Source of the DNA: Lingula anatina
Lineage: Eukaryota; Animalia; Brachiopoda
Direction: 5' to 3'
Length of the DNA: 64,000 bases
Assembly (NCBI GenBank): GCA_051362555.1
Contig: CM120645.1
Coordinates: forward strand, 3,348,001-3,412,000
A model generated the notes under the pieces. That model ran no database searches. It was not told the DNA's origin and saw nothing but the letters and a program-made list of their open reading frames with translations. The position numbers and the translations under genes are program-made. The stretch's first letter is position 1. The number at the start of each line of letters is the position of its first letter. Positions 1 through 12,548 of the stretch are shown here, piece after piece.

Positions 1-1030
1 AGTGTTCTATCTAAAAAAACACCAAAATTCTTAGCATGGGGCGTTGGCTTTATGATACTGGATCCAATTTTGAATTTTTTTCTGATATTTTTTGATTATG
101 TGGCTGGGTTACAACTAAAAGTTCAGATTTTACATCATTGATTTTCAACTTATTTCTTATCAACCACCTTCGTAGATCATCAATACACCTAGACAGCTTT
201 TCAATTGATTCATTAGGATTTTCTACATTACAGCATGTAAAAAATTTGCGTATCATCAGAAAAAATATGACAGCGAATACTGTGATGTCTCAATATGGCC
301 ACAATGGGTCATGTATACAATGTATACATACAAAAAGTTAGAGGTCCAAGAACACTACATTGAGGTGCACCAAAAGCTAACTCTGACACATTTGACAATA
401 TTCCATTAATTAAAACCTGTTGTGAACGACCTGTAAGATAGGAGCGTAAAAGGCTAAGTGCAGAGTCCCTGATAACAACATAATCTTCGAGAAAAGATAA
501 AAGTAGTTCATGATCGACTGTATCAAATACTGCAGATAGGTCTAATAAGACTAAAAGAATCATTGAGTGTTCATCGAGTCCACACAGGAGATCACTTTTT
601 ATTCTTAGCAATGCTGATTCAGTACTGTGTCTGGCCTAAATGTGATAGCAATCTTCCAACAATGACCCTTTCAACGGTTTTTGATAGAAACGAGAGGTTA
701 AACACATGTCTGTAATTTCCAAATGTATCAGTGTCTAGAGATGGCTTTTTTTTAGTAGGGGTTAAACCACAGCTTTCTTGAGTTGATCAGGGAAAGAACC
801 AGAAGCAAAACTAGTGTCCATGATTTGCGTTATCAGGTTGATGAACCATGAGCGCTGTCAACATTGGATCAAGTATGCATGACCTCTTCTTAGTTTTGTT
901 AATTATTTTTGTTACTTCGTCTGTAGATGCTTCTTGGAATATGAAAGGGTTGAAATGGGCTCCAGCAGCAGATCAGATAACAAATATGATTGTTAAACAT
1001 CGCATTAGTATATCAATAGTTTTGTTTGAC
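1..1030 (-). mobile_element. Degraded non-LTR retrotransposon (L2/CR1-group) reverse transcriptase fragment, copy A
   Basis: Minus-strand frames give RT motifs LLDLSAVFDTVDHELLL, GAPQCSVLGPLTFCMY and WLIRNKLKINDVKSELL, interrupted by stops and frameshifts. Continues left of the window. Confidence 0.85.
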
Positions 1031-3071
1031 TGAATATCTCATATACATACTAATTATCTGTTAAAATATCGGAATACCATAAAAGAGTTTAAACAATGGT
1101 CTATGTAATATTTTCATTTATTTTCATATTGATGACTTCATGGTTTGGCAACAAAGTTAGAAAACGTGTCAATTTTGGTGTTTCAACTTCAAAGTTTTAC
1201 AATTTAAGCAAAAATTAGACTTTTGGCCTGTATAATCTTCTAACTCATTATTTCTTGTGGAAGAGAAAAATCTGACTTTTCAAGGGGTAAGCACTCTGTA
1301 AAGTGCTCCTAGTGCAGAAGGTACTAGTAATATGTTTTCATTGGCATGTCTAGTAGTGGTTGAATAATTTGAATCTGCAATAATACATCTGTGGTTAGCT
1401 CCGAAGGGGTGGGGATGGAGGAGGCAGTAGCTGTAAGCACCACCCCCTTAGTCTGCCATCTTATCTTCAGGGCCCAATCTAAATAAAATATATAATTATA
1501 AAGTTTAAGATCGGCTGTTGTGGACTTCATCCTACACACCTCCACTGCCCCATGAGCGCCCCCTTCTTATACCAGTCAGCGTAGTGGCCCTTCAGGTGGA
1601 CATAAGGAGGAAAAATCATATACCGCTCTCTGCCCAACTGGTCCCGAGTGTCCACCGGTTCGGCACCAACACTTAACAAGCATTTCGCCGCTTTCATGTC
1701 CTCGGTTGATGTCCAGAAAACAAATGGCAGATTAAAATATTAAATTAAGTCAGAATATTTTTGTTGATTTTAAGCTTATTGCGTGATCAGTGGATATATA
1801 TATAGAAGGTACCCTGGATATGTTACATTGTATAATGGCAATGTTTATTGAGACAGAATATACGTTTGAACCAAATAGGACGGTGCAATGTGAAATCTTC
1901 TCTACCACAATCTATCTCATGTATTTCCACTTTGTGTGATTATGAATACAGTTGCCTATAAAGATTGCTTAAGTTTTCACGTGTACTATAAGGTTATAAA
2001 TGTTGTTAAAATATGCTGGGCAAATACCGTCATGCGGATTTCATTAGAAATATATATGTATATTGACTATTGAACATTTTAACACGTCACTTTAACATAC
2101 TTGTATGTGTCATCTGAAACGAAAGGAGATCTGTGAGAGATATGCAACTTGAATAATAATAGGTTAAATAGATGAAACGATATACAGGCTGTTCTTTGTA
2201 CAACGACTTATATTGAATTGAGATTGAAAGTAAAAATAGTCATTTTAATGGACCACCCTGTACACTTTGTGTCCTCCCCAGGGAGGTGAGACCGTCTACA
2301 GAGTGCACCAGTGCAAAAATGACCAGGCTTCCTTGACTTGAATATTCATTTCATTTAAATAAATAATTTACATAATTGTATAACTTCAACCTTCGGGTTG
2401 TGATTTTCCAATAAAGATTATTATTATGTATGGAATACATACCCTCTCCGTCCTGCAGGCATTTCGGGTCGCTGTTAATGGCTTTCGTAACAAGCAATCT
2501 GACAGCTTCCCTGCTAAGCACAAACCCTGGACCTCCACTCATATACACGGACTTCTTAATTCTAGTATCAGCGTTGAATTCCCAATCACTGGGGTAAAAC
2601 TGGTGTCCATAAAACTCTGCCCTCTTTGGGTCCCTAGATGATAGACAATGTTTCAAATTTTCTACAATTACGTATGTATCAGGGTCAGCTTTGATAAAGA
2701 AATCTGCGTCGTTCAGATGATGCTCGTAAATGTATTTCCATGCAGCTTTGGCCTTTTTTGCAATGTATCCTCTCCCGGGTGGTACACGTAAACCAATTGT
2801 TGGGAACGTCTTATTTTCCATGGAGCTCATAAATAATGTGACGTCACATCTTCTCGCCCACGTGTCTCTGACGTGAATAACGCGCTTGTCGAGATCTGGA
2901 GGATCAGTAAGTAGCCAACAAAGAACTGTTGGCATTGGAGGTCCTTTTTCTGTAAGCAAAGGTGAAATAATGTGTTTATAAAGAAAAAATATCAGATAGT
3001 AAATCTGTTTTTATATTACAAACATAAAGACGATCGAGATAGATTTGCTATGCATAAATCTAAACGTAGGA

Positions 3072-3238
3072 CCGGGGCGGATCCAGAGAATTTTTCTGAC
3101 AGTCTTTCATATTACATTTGTTGATCCATCCTCCATTTTTGACCGTCTTCCGACAGAAAGAACAGATACCCGACGATGTAAACTTGAAAAGCTGACTGTC
3201 TTCCGGAAGACTCAGAAGACGGCCTGAATCAGTACCTG
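3072..3238. mobile_element. Short dispersed MITE-like repeat (CAGGGGCGGATCC-type end)
   Basis: Same element at 17410-17576 (duplicated copy) and a diverged copy at ~58692-58858 in a PARP intron, sharing 'tttgttgatccatcctccatttttgacc' and 'ggaagac.cagaagacggcct'. Confidence 0.65.
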
Positions 3239-4232
3239 CCTAATAATAAGTTGTTTCGCACTCTGTTTATCCCCTTTATTTTTTCTTTGGTGTTTCATTC
3301 TACCGGTAGTCTACTCCTGATTTTATTTATACTTTTTTCTTGGGTGCACTACAACTATTAAAATTCAACCAATTTTTTTTGGCCCTCTGTCATGTTTCAC
3401 TTGTTCACTCGTTCGTATTTTTCCAGTTTCAGTGCAGTTATTATGAGTACATCTCTGACTCATCATCCCAATCACCCCTTGTCTTTTTGAAATTTGTTTT
3501 TGAAAACACTTTTGATGCGGGATCCCAAAGGGAAAATGAGATGAGATTACTTCAACAGGATAATTTTATCACAGGTGCTTTTTATTTCTCTTAAAATTCA
3601 ATCATTAAAATAATTACAGTAATCAAATATTTTCCCTGGGAATCGTCAATTGCGCATTTTGGTAGATAGTAAGATTTTCCATTTGGAGGGGGGGGGGGAG
3701 AAAGGAAGACGACAAGATGACTAAATCTGTTTGCATAGTCATTACCTTGACTAGAAAAGTATGCTTACGTTACAGATATTTCCCTAACCAGCCGTCTCTG
3801 TAATTGCAGATTTTTATAAGTCTCAGATTTGTATCTCAAAGCCTGCCTTAATTTTGACCACATAGATGCAAGTGTTCAAAAATTGCTTTTGTTAACGGCT
3901 CAAGCCAATGTTAAGATTTTAGCAGTGCATGCATTCTCTCATTATGATGCAGGCGGAATGCGACTACCTGTACAATAAGTGGTAGATAGTCGTTGGGATC
4001 CGTTTTATTAAAATCACTGGCCGAAAAGAAAGTTAAACAGGGCAACCATATTTTTAAAAGTTATACTGGAGAAATGAATTGTAGATCTCCGCTAATAACG
4101 AACGGTACCCCCCCACCCCTATTTACCTTACAGATGTATCCACAGCAGCGCTTCGCGGGCGCCAACACACTTCCACACACAAACACACTCACTTTAACTG
4201 TCGCACACACTCCAACTCTCTCTAGTAACCTT

Positions 4233-4293
<61 letters not shown>
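4233..4293. repeat. (CT)n(CA)n compound microsatellite
   Basis: Direct reading; shorter version at ~18538-18574 in copy B. Confidence 0.95.
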
Positions 4294-4294
<1 letters not shown>

Positions 4295-6680
4295 CACTTC
4301 CTGTGTATATTCTGATTATGAAGAGAAAATATACGTTTAACATCTTTGTTACTTGTATTTTTACCTGGTCTCGAGGCATGCTGGTCCGTATCTACATGTA
4401 TCTCCTCACGAGAACGAGTTAGTAGTCCTTGTATAACCAGTTGTACTGCTATGTTAGATATTACTATGGCGGGTATCACGGTGAAATAGATTTGGCTTCG
4501 CCATGTTCAATGAAAAAATACTGTATTGGGGGTAGGTGATATGCCAAATGTTTCCCTCATGCCCCACAGGTGGTTTTCCATATGCATGTATATATTTCTG
4601 TGCACGTGTCCATTGCCACATCACATTATTCTAGTCTCTCGTTTGACGAAGACTCTATTGCAAGTTAAATGAGGCCATTGTTCTAGCTTGTACGTACTGT
4701 ACTTGTTTGAATACCTAATGTATTCGCTAACGCCGGTGAATATGGGCAAAAATGAGGGATAAAGATCTTTGATAATATCCTGTAGAAAATATCTTTAACT
4801 TTGTTATGGAACTGATATATTCTAGCTTGGACTCAAAACACTCATTGGTCCAAATGAGCTTTTTTCTTGTAGATATGCATGTTTATGTACATTATTTGAC
4901 CTAATTCTATAGGACCTCGCATTTTGCGTGACAAATTTCATTAGTGCAGGTCTCGTCGAAAATAGGGGATGCTGAGCAGCTTAGGAAATCTACGCGGAAG
5001 ATCGAAGTAAGAGATAGTCAAGGTGCTGAATAAGAGCGATAAATATCTACTGGTACAATCACATGTACATATGGGTCTGTAATACAATCTTTATACACAA
5101 ACATGTAAGTGGAGGGCATTTTTTGAGCTAAAGATAATTTATGTCACAGGCCCCTGTGCACGTTCGTATTGCGGAAAAAGTTTGAAGTCGGTAAGGTATG
5201 GTTGCGCTTCTCTTAACTTTAAATATTGACATATTTTTTTTTTGTTCATGTATGTCAGTAAATACAGAACAGTTTTCTCTGATCATCTGTAATATACTGC
5301 GTCGTTTTTCAAAGCAGTTTTACGAAATTATTTTTAATACGAGGTTACACGGGGAAAGTGGAAAGTAATTATTTTAATAGCAGGGAAATTTTGTCACTGG
5401 TACCTTTTATGTCGTTTGAAACACAATTTCTGGCATTAAAGCTATTAAATATTTTTTGCATGTATCGAAAACTGCTCATGGATGGTTTAGTTGTTTTCAC
5501 CTAAATAAATTATCTCAATTAAATGCGTATGTGTGTGAATCTATATCTATTATATGTGTGTTTTCAAACGGGGAAAGAAGGGAGATTTGAGCCTACGTGA
5601 TAATTGCGATAACCACAGCATAATTATGCTGCATTATTTTAATCACTTGAAAGGTTTGGCCGTAAGTTTGAGTCGTGTTTGTACTGTTTGTACATTGTAC
5701 TGAATTATCATGTTTTTTTTTCAATATATAGAACGAAAAGAGAAGCCATACGTTCGAAATAACGGATCAAAATAAAGGAGTTTAGCATTCACTTTTAGTG
5801 ACATAGGAACAAAATTAGACGCTGACCAGCGATACACCTGCCTGAGAGGGCAGTGGGGGGGGGGGGGGGGCACGAAGTAAAATTTACGCCAGAAAGATTT
5901 CAAAGCCTTATTTAAGAACAAAAAGAAAGGACACCCAATGTTGACGCACGCACGCTGTTTATGACAGCGGGTGGGAACCAGTGCAATACGAGCTGCATTT
6001 TTCTACATTTATTTACTTGGAGATACAGTGTTTGCCGGCAATGAAAGCGCAAGGGAATAAAACTGAGAAAAAACTCCTACTACTTCAACACGCTGGTCAT
6101 ACGTGAAACCTTTGTTTTAAAATCTAACTTTTTCAGAATGCACCGATGCCCCTTCTTGTTCGATAAGACAATATGTTGGCGGCCAGTAGCAATTGGTATC
6201 GGTAAACTGGAAGAGCAGAGGCAGTTGATGTGTTCGACTGTCAAAATAAATGCTTTTGACCCAACTGAAATAAACTTTATTAAACAAACCTTCCAACAGG
6301 TGCTCATTGATTTATGAGTCTACAAAATGGGCGTTTCTGACCTATTACATGTCATCTACCTACAGTTTGTGCAGTTTCGAGGGCGCCTTTTTAATCTCCA
6401 TCTCTCTCTCTCTTTCGGCAACTTTTCTTGCGCTACTGATTGATTCGCCAGCGATGCTTGTTCTCATGAAAGTGCCAACTATCTATTATTTAATGTTTCA
6501 TCACTTTCTGGAGTCTGAAGTTACGCCAGTGAAACGTATGTCAGTTTTAAGTTGATAAAATGTCCAATAGGAACCCGTCGCGTGGTATTCGTTATGATAG
6601 TGCCACCAATTATTTACCTTATATGGTAAAGATTGTGCGGGCTGACAGTCACGGCGAGGCTGGGGTGCTACGTTGATATG

Positions 6681-6688
6681 TATAAATA
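6681..6688 (+). promoter_or_regulatory. TATA box of mytilectin-chimera gene A
   Basis: TATAAATA ~125 bp upstream of ATG 6807; conserved in copy B at 25017-25024. Confidence 0.6.
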
Positions 6689-6806
6689 CGAACCCTCGAA
6701 ACACAACTTCTCACCCTTCCTCATCCACTGGAGACGCAGGGACAGAAGAAAACCCATCAAGGACGCGACAGTTGCAGCAAGAAGCCCCGTACTTCTGAAC
6801 GATACC

Positions 6807-9737
6807 ATGCATTTGTTCCTGGCTATAGTGCTGTCTGCCAGCCTGGCGGTTGCCGAAGGTAAGTTCCAACATGATTCGAAGGTCGATCTTGCTCTTACCA
6901 AGGGCTTTCACGAACTCTTGACTGCATTTCAACCTCTTAGAACGCTAGACCGAACCTAGTGTAGGAACGTTTCCCGGAAACCGAGATTTAAACAGAGACC
7001 GTGACAGAGAATCAGATAGTCACCCATTGTTCTCTGGGCTTTATTCATTTCATCCGGGAAACGCGCTCCACCCCAAAGTGTGTAATGCCCTTGCTTTTAG
7101 CATCTTCAATTAAAGTTTTTGGTGAAGCTGCCCCCACCCATAAAAAGCCTAAAAGTTGATCCTAAGACAAAATATTTAGTGCACTCCAGTTCAGGATAAA
7201 AACATACCGGTCTATTAAAATAAATGTTTGGTACATGTACGAGGTGTGACGACGTTATTGGCTTCATGTTACGCGAGGTACCAAATACAACTCAGTTATG
7301 GACTTTCTTATTATTTATTGAACTACTTTCCAGTTGTTACATGTGCCGCTTCCTTTACCCCTACTTCTACCTCATGCAGTCTCTAGGGGCCTTCTTCTCC
7401 TGTTTACATTATGCGTGGTTGTATAAATATCATGAGAGCATGTCATTCAACTAAAGTTACTGTACAAAACACTCCCCGATCTTAGTCACTGCATGCTGTC
7501 ACTAAAGCCCCCTTTACACTGGACGGCGTCCTTTCTGCGTCCAGCAGTCCGGCCCCATTTGAGAGTTAAAAAATTATAATATTTTACGTGCCGACAACTG
7601 GCCGATCATTGAGCATTCATTCTGATACAAAATTAATGCTCATGCCTCCTTATTAAGACGACAGCGATGCCAAATTTCATGGTCGCAGAAAGAACGCAGA
7701 AAGGACGCCGTCCAGTGTGAGGAACCACTGCCTAATCTGTCGTCCAAAATATAGCTGGATATATAGCAAATATAACAAGGATATGCCACTTTACTGATAA
7801 CATACCTGACAGAGGCGCCCCTTCCAATCGCTGAGCGTCGGTGCTTCAGAGATTTTTAGTTCATCAATATCAAAACAAAGAATTCAGTCTTAAGAGAGGG
7901 TCCGAGAACATTAATTGTCAAGTAACCGTACAGCTACAGTCTAGCACACAAGTTTATAACGAGCAAAATATTTTCCTTTGATTACTGCAAGAAAATCAAC
8001 TTCTGAGATTATGTATATTTAACCAACAAACCCGATAACCTGCCGATCACATTCTGGTATGTATATATGAATAACCATTCAACGTAAAATGATACCCCTG
8101 TATGTTCAAGAACATGTACATCTGCAATGTCTGAGTCTTGAACTGAAAAATTTCGCAGATGGATTGCACGACTAGGAAAGCTCATTGACAAATATGAAAC
8201 AAAAGAAAAAGAAATAAAATTCAAAGTTCACACTCATGAATTTGATGTTCATTATCACATATTGTAATCTAATGGAAATTGTGATGGTTTAAATTCAAAG
8301 GAGGTCAGAAAGTGCAAGAAATGTGTTCTCCAATCTGTCGCATGCCGAGTTGAATAGGTCAATGATAATATTTAGGTATTGTTCTTGAGACCCACTTTAG
8401 CAAAACACAGTCAAGTTAAAAGCTAATGTTATATTTTTTTCTTGCCACTGAAATAAGGTTACAAGGGGTTGGGAAAACACACCCTTTATTTTCTTTTCAT
8501 AAAGGGGGGATTATACTCAGTGAACTGCTTCAACTTATATAAATCGATGACGACTTTCCTTCTTAACGTCGTTTCATCGATTGATTAATCGATTTTAGGT
8601 TGATACATGTTAGTTTGGTAACCAAGCTGAAGGGTCGTTTTTGTGATCTCTTGGTTTATTAATTGTTTTTTCAGCTTATGTTTTTTCGCGATTGATCGAT
8701 GATTTATTCAATCGTTTCATTTGTTGTATGGTTGACAATGTAATTAAATGATTGAATTTGCAGTTGATGGATGATTTGATTGTGAAACAGCTCGATTGAG
8801 TGGTTAATTAACCAATATGTCGAATGACTGGTTTGTATGATAGTTGGTCGTCCAATTAGTAAATGACAGACGGTTACTTTGGTTTGCAGGAGGATACGTC
8901 AGCCCTAGGTTCATTGTTAGGCACAGGTCTAGCGGCCGTTGTTACGCCTATGCTGACTGGTGGTCCTGGGGCCATCATTATGAAAAATTCCGTGCAGACA
9001 ATTGCCCCAATGCGGCTGAACTAGAATGGCATCAGAAGGAAGGACACTGGGGCTATCTGAAGGTCGTAGGCACTGCCGGACATTGTTTGAACCCCTTCGG
9101 CGGCTGGGCTCATCCAGGAGACAATACAGCAATTTTCCCACATCCAAATTGCTACAATTCTGCATTGTTTGCAATCAACCAAGAGAAGGGCTTCATCAAA
9201 CATTCTGGGGGCAAATATGTTCACCCGTACCCATATAACGGTGAAATGCCAAGCTGGCATTCCGATACGATGATACACGGAGGAACTTTCGCAAATATGC
9301 AGTTTGACTTTCTTAACCGCAACCTCCAGAAAGTTCAGGTTATTCCAAACCCATCAGTTGCCGGAGACTGGGTTAAAATCAGCTGTTGGGGCCATGTTGG
9401 CCCTGGGTCTTTGTCGTATACATTTAAAGCTGGCTACTCTAAAACCGAGTCCTCGACGTTAACAAATTCATGGGAAATGACCATCGAAGTGGCCAAAAAA
9501 GCCATTACAGCCAGCGTCACCTATAGTGGTTCTTACTCAACCTCCTACGAATCGCAATGGACGCAGGAACGGGAAATAACCAGAACAGTCACTGTCACTG
9601 TAGCTGGCACCATATGTCTGTGGCAGTGGCAGTATGTATTTGAGCAGTTTAATGATAAATATGTGTTCAAACCCATGATTATGCAAGAAACCCGTTCTGA
9701 CGTGAAACCAACCAATATCCCCAGAAACACAAAGTAG
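6807..9737 (+). CDS. Secreted chimera-type mytilectin: signal peptide + beta-trefoil lectin + aerolysin-like beta-pore-forming domain (299 aa, 2 coding exons)
   Basis: Exon 1 6807-6858 (MHLFLAIVLSASLAVAE, phase-1 GTAAG) joins exon 2 8890-9737 (tttgcag) in frame. WGYLK..CLNPFGG..PGDNT..ALFAI..IKHSGGKYVHP..TMIHG..MQFDF parallels mussel MytiLec/CGL (WGYIKH..VHPYGG..ALFAM..HKGGKYIHP..VIHGD..MEFIF). The C-terminal S/T-rich amphipathic region (KTESSTLTNSWEMTIEV..ITASVTYSGSYSTSYESQW) and LWQWQY fit an aerolysin-like domain. Confidence 0.85.
7503..7722. mobile_element. MITE with ~25-bp inverted repeats (intron of lectin gene A)
   Basis: 'cactggacggcgtcctttctgcgt' (~7517) and 'acgcagaaaggacgccgtccagtg' (~7694) are reverse complements. 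Mostly absent from copy B. Confidence 0.7.
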
Positions 9738-10469
9738 AAATTGGTCCAATTACCTGTCAATCTTATTAATTTACAATATCTTTATTTCTTCTTTCTCTGC
9801 TATGCTAAATATCATGGATTGGGTTTTTGTCTCTTTCCCCCCACTATTCTGTCTATTTAATATTCAGATTTTTCTGATGACATACCTATAGAGGTATTTA
9901 GCGAACACACAAAGGCGTTTTTTTCTGGAGGGGTTTTTGTAATAAACAGTGGATCATTAAGGTTGCTGTCGCTGAGAATTACACATTCTAAAATATGGTA
10001 TTTGAATTCAATTCATTATAAACAGTATCACCATAATGAAATCACTTTTAAACCCAGAAATATAGTTTATGATACACGTTTCTCACTTCAATTGCCTTCG
10101 TAGTGTACGATCACTACCTTATATTATATTCTATTCTATACCTCACTACCTCAACTTGTAGTCATATTAACTTATTTTTATTTCTTACTCTGATAATCTC
10201 TTATTTTGGTGGAGGAACCAAAAAAATGAGCAAAATGATAAAAAAGGTTCTGATTCTTTTCTTAATGGACAGTTGTTCAGCATGGAGGACATCTTTCACG
10301 TTTGCTGCGCCCACAGTTAGTTTCACCAAGGAGGTAGTTGTTGGGACTCCTTGGTTTCACACATTTCGATTTTTGACAGTACTTGTAAACTACACTTGAC
10401 CTGTAAATCCACATATTTGTAATAAAAGTAGAAAGATTCAGGACCACAGACACGTGCTTGACTTGTTTT

Positions 10470-10503
<34 letters not shown>

Positions 10504-12235
10504 TCACGTCTCTCCGCTTGTTACCCTGAATCCTAATTTTTGCATATTATTTATTTATTTATTTTTATTTATTTTGCTTGCCCCTTTTCTTTGGAACAAA
10601 TGTATTATTATTGAAAGATCTGTTCATGGACAGTGTTTTTATTACTCTCTTCAAAATGCTCAACAAACAACGCGTACTTTAATTTTTAATAATAAACGTA
10701 TCAGACCGTGTTTATATTTTGTAATTTTTAACGGAATAATTTCCAATTGAATTCCTCGTAAATAATTCAGACTTATGATTGCTTGAATAAGGACCTTATA
10801 GTCCATGGGCCGACCCCCCCTCCCCTTAGTGAAAATATTTCAAATGCATTGACTAAATGGAATTTAAAATCATTCTAGACATGTAGTCTAAGAAATGCAC
10901 TAGAAATGATAATTTTTAATTTAATTTTAATTTAATTTTTTATCAGAGATATTTTGATGTACCAGTGTAGCCTGGAGTCTCTACTTTTTGCCTAATAGTG
11001 CTTGTTCAAGGTGCAATCTTTATATTGAGATGAAAAATCCTGAAATCCAATATGGCTGCCACAAAATATGTCTTTTACATATAGCTGTCCTGTCTGGAAA
11101 TATGGCAGATTTGTCATCCCAAATTAAAATCTTCATTACTTTTGATGTATTGAATATGAAAACAGAACCGTTTTCAATTACTTGAGTTAATTTGGATTAC
11201 AGTATGGCTTTCAAATTTCAAAATGGCCGCCAATGATAATGAAATTACATCTTTTTAACCAGTGGACTGAAAAGTGAGAGCTATATTCCTCATTTCGTCT
11301 AAAGTTTGGATGAGAACTTATTTTCATAATACTGCTCATCACTACTAGATTTGTGGCCATGTAAAATGATTAAAAAAGAAAGATTAAATGGTCAACAATA
11401 ACCGAAGACTAGGTAACAGCAAATCTTGATTGGCTTTACAATGAACATTCTTCATTGAAAAAGACTACAACCAAGACATTTCACCTGTAACCAAAAAGCC
11501 CTAATCCTGAATATGCAATTAAATATGGACAAGTATTTCCATGAAAGCAGTGTAGAAAGGTCATATTTGATTGTAATTGACTGCACAACTTTTAGAATTA
11601 TACGTTAATTCCTTGCATTAAAAATTAATACCCGCACTGTTATGGCCAATTGTGGCCATGTTGAATTTTGGAATGGCCAAGCAAATATAATTTGGCCAAA
11701 ATCTTTTGAAAATTGAAATTCCCAGTGAAATCACAATAAATAGAAATTATTTATATTTAGATAATAGGTTAATTATGTTCACCAGAAAGTGTAAGAGGCA
11801 TTTTGAAAGGAAAAAGTAACATTTATTCATTTAGCACAGCAATATATCAACCGTGTTTTGAGATGGCCACCTTGGGTTTCAGGGTTTTACACTAAAAAAA
11901 AGTCGTTTGGAGTAACGGTCACTGTACACAGTAATTATGTAATTCAGATCCTATCAACATATCCAAAAACCTAACAGTTTTCAATTCTAATGCTAAGTTT
12001 ACAAAAAGCTAATTAACATGAATCTGCCACTATCTTGGAATGGCTGCCATTTTGGCAATTTAACTATTATATTTTTTCAAATAATTTCATTAATTGCTGA
12101 GGCCCAAGTCTAATTTTTTAAAGCTTACAATACACAGAGTTCATATATTTGAAATACATGAAAATTTAAAGGTCTCAGACATTATAATTTAAAAACTCCT
12201 GTGTTACTATGGCAACAGCTAAATCTGTCACACCC

Positions 12236-12236
<1 letters not shown>

Positions 12237-12280
<44 letters not shown>

Positions 12281-12501
12281 TTATTTTGAATCTAAAATCC
12301 ACGATTACATGTTCAGAAGACTTTTCATATACATAAAACTATTACTTCAGAATCAATTATTAGGAATAGATAAATAAACAAATTACAGGGCTTAAGGACA
12401 AAAAATTAAGAGTATTCTAGATAAAACATACGTTTCATCACATAAAAGCACTTACAGTACATAACTAAAATATGTTTGTTAAGAAAAAATAATCAATATT
12501 A

Positions 12502-12548
<47 letters not shown>

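Larger units (their letters stand above)
1540..4504 (-). pseudogene. C1GALT1-like pseudogene (copy A)
   Basis: Exon 2 (~2442-2948) is open and about 97% identical in protein to copy B. Lesions relative to copy B: 2-nt deletion just after the ATG (4504); exon-3 acceptor AG>AA (1706); 1-nt deletion in exon 3 (~1559); terminal exon (GFECCSRYPISFHY...) removed by a ~290-bp deletion at ~1315. Confidence 0.88.
1..10517. repeat. Tandem segmental duplication, copy A (LINE relic + C1GALT1-like + mytilectin chimera); left end outside window
   Basis: Colinear, high-identity match to ~13240-28366 (e.g. 3100-3600 vs 17440-17940; 8844-9737 vs 26712-27608). Homology ends at 'atcacgtctc(tc)cgc' (10503-10517 vs ~28354-28366). 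Confidence 0.95.

Noticed and set aside
3993-4340. ORFs with HTHT/CVCV/ERER, poly-K/F/N/I runs (also 10277-10750, 15665-15850, 60278-60496)
   Set aside because: Translations of microsatellites and homopolymers.
6771-6806. Toxin 5' UTR translation VAARSPVLLND resembles CLCA N-terminus LARRSPVVLKN
   Set aside because: Short match, weak nucleotide similarity, and no extension on either side; treated as coincidence.
8844-8889. ORF-track start of the 297-aa toxin (MVVQLVNDRRLLWFA)
   Set aside because: Non-ATG start in intronic sequence before the tttgcag acceptor; the real start is the signal exon at 6807.
8890-9737. Recent bacterial horizontal transfer of the toxin
   Set aside because: Spliceosomal intron, TATA box and animal mytilectin-like motifs; nothing else bacterial nearby.
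10790-12230. Possible DNA-transposon relic rich in AAAATGGCCGCC-like motifs
   Set aside because: No clear terminal repeats or TSD found by eye.
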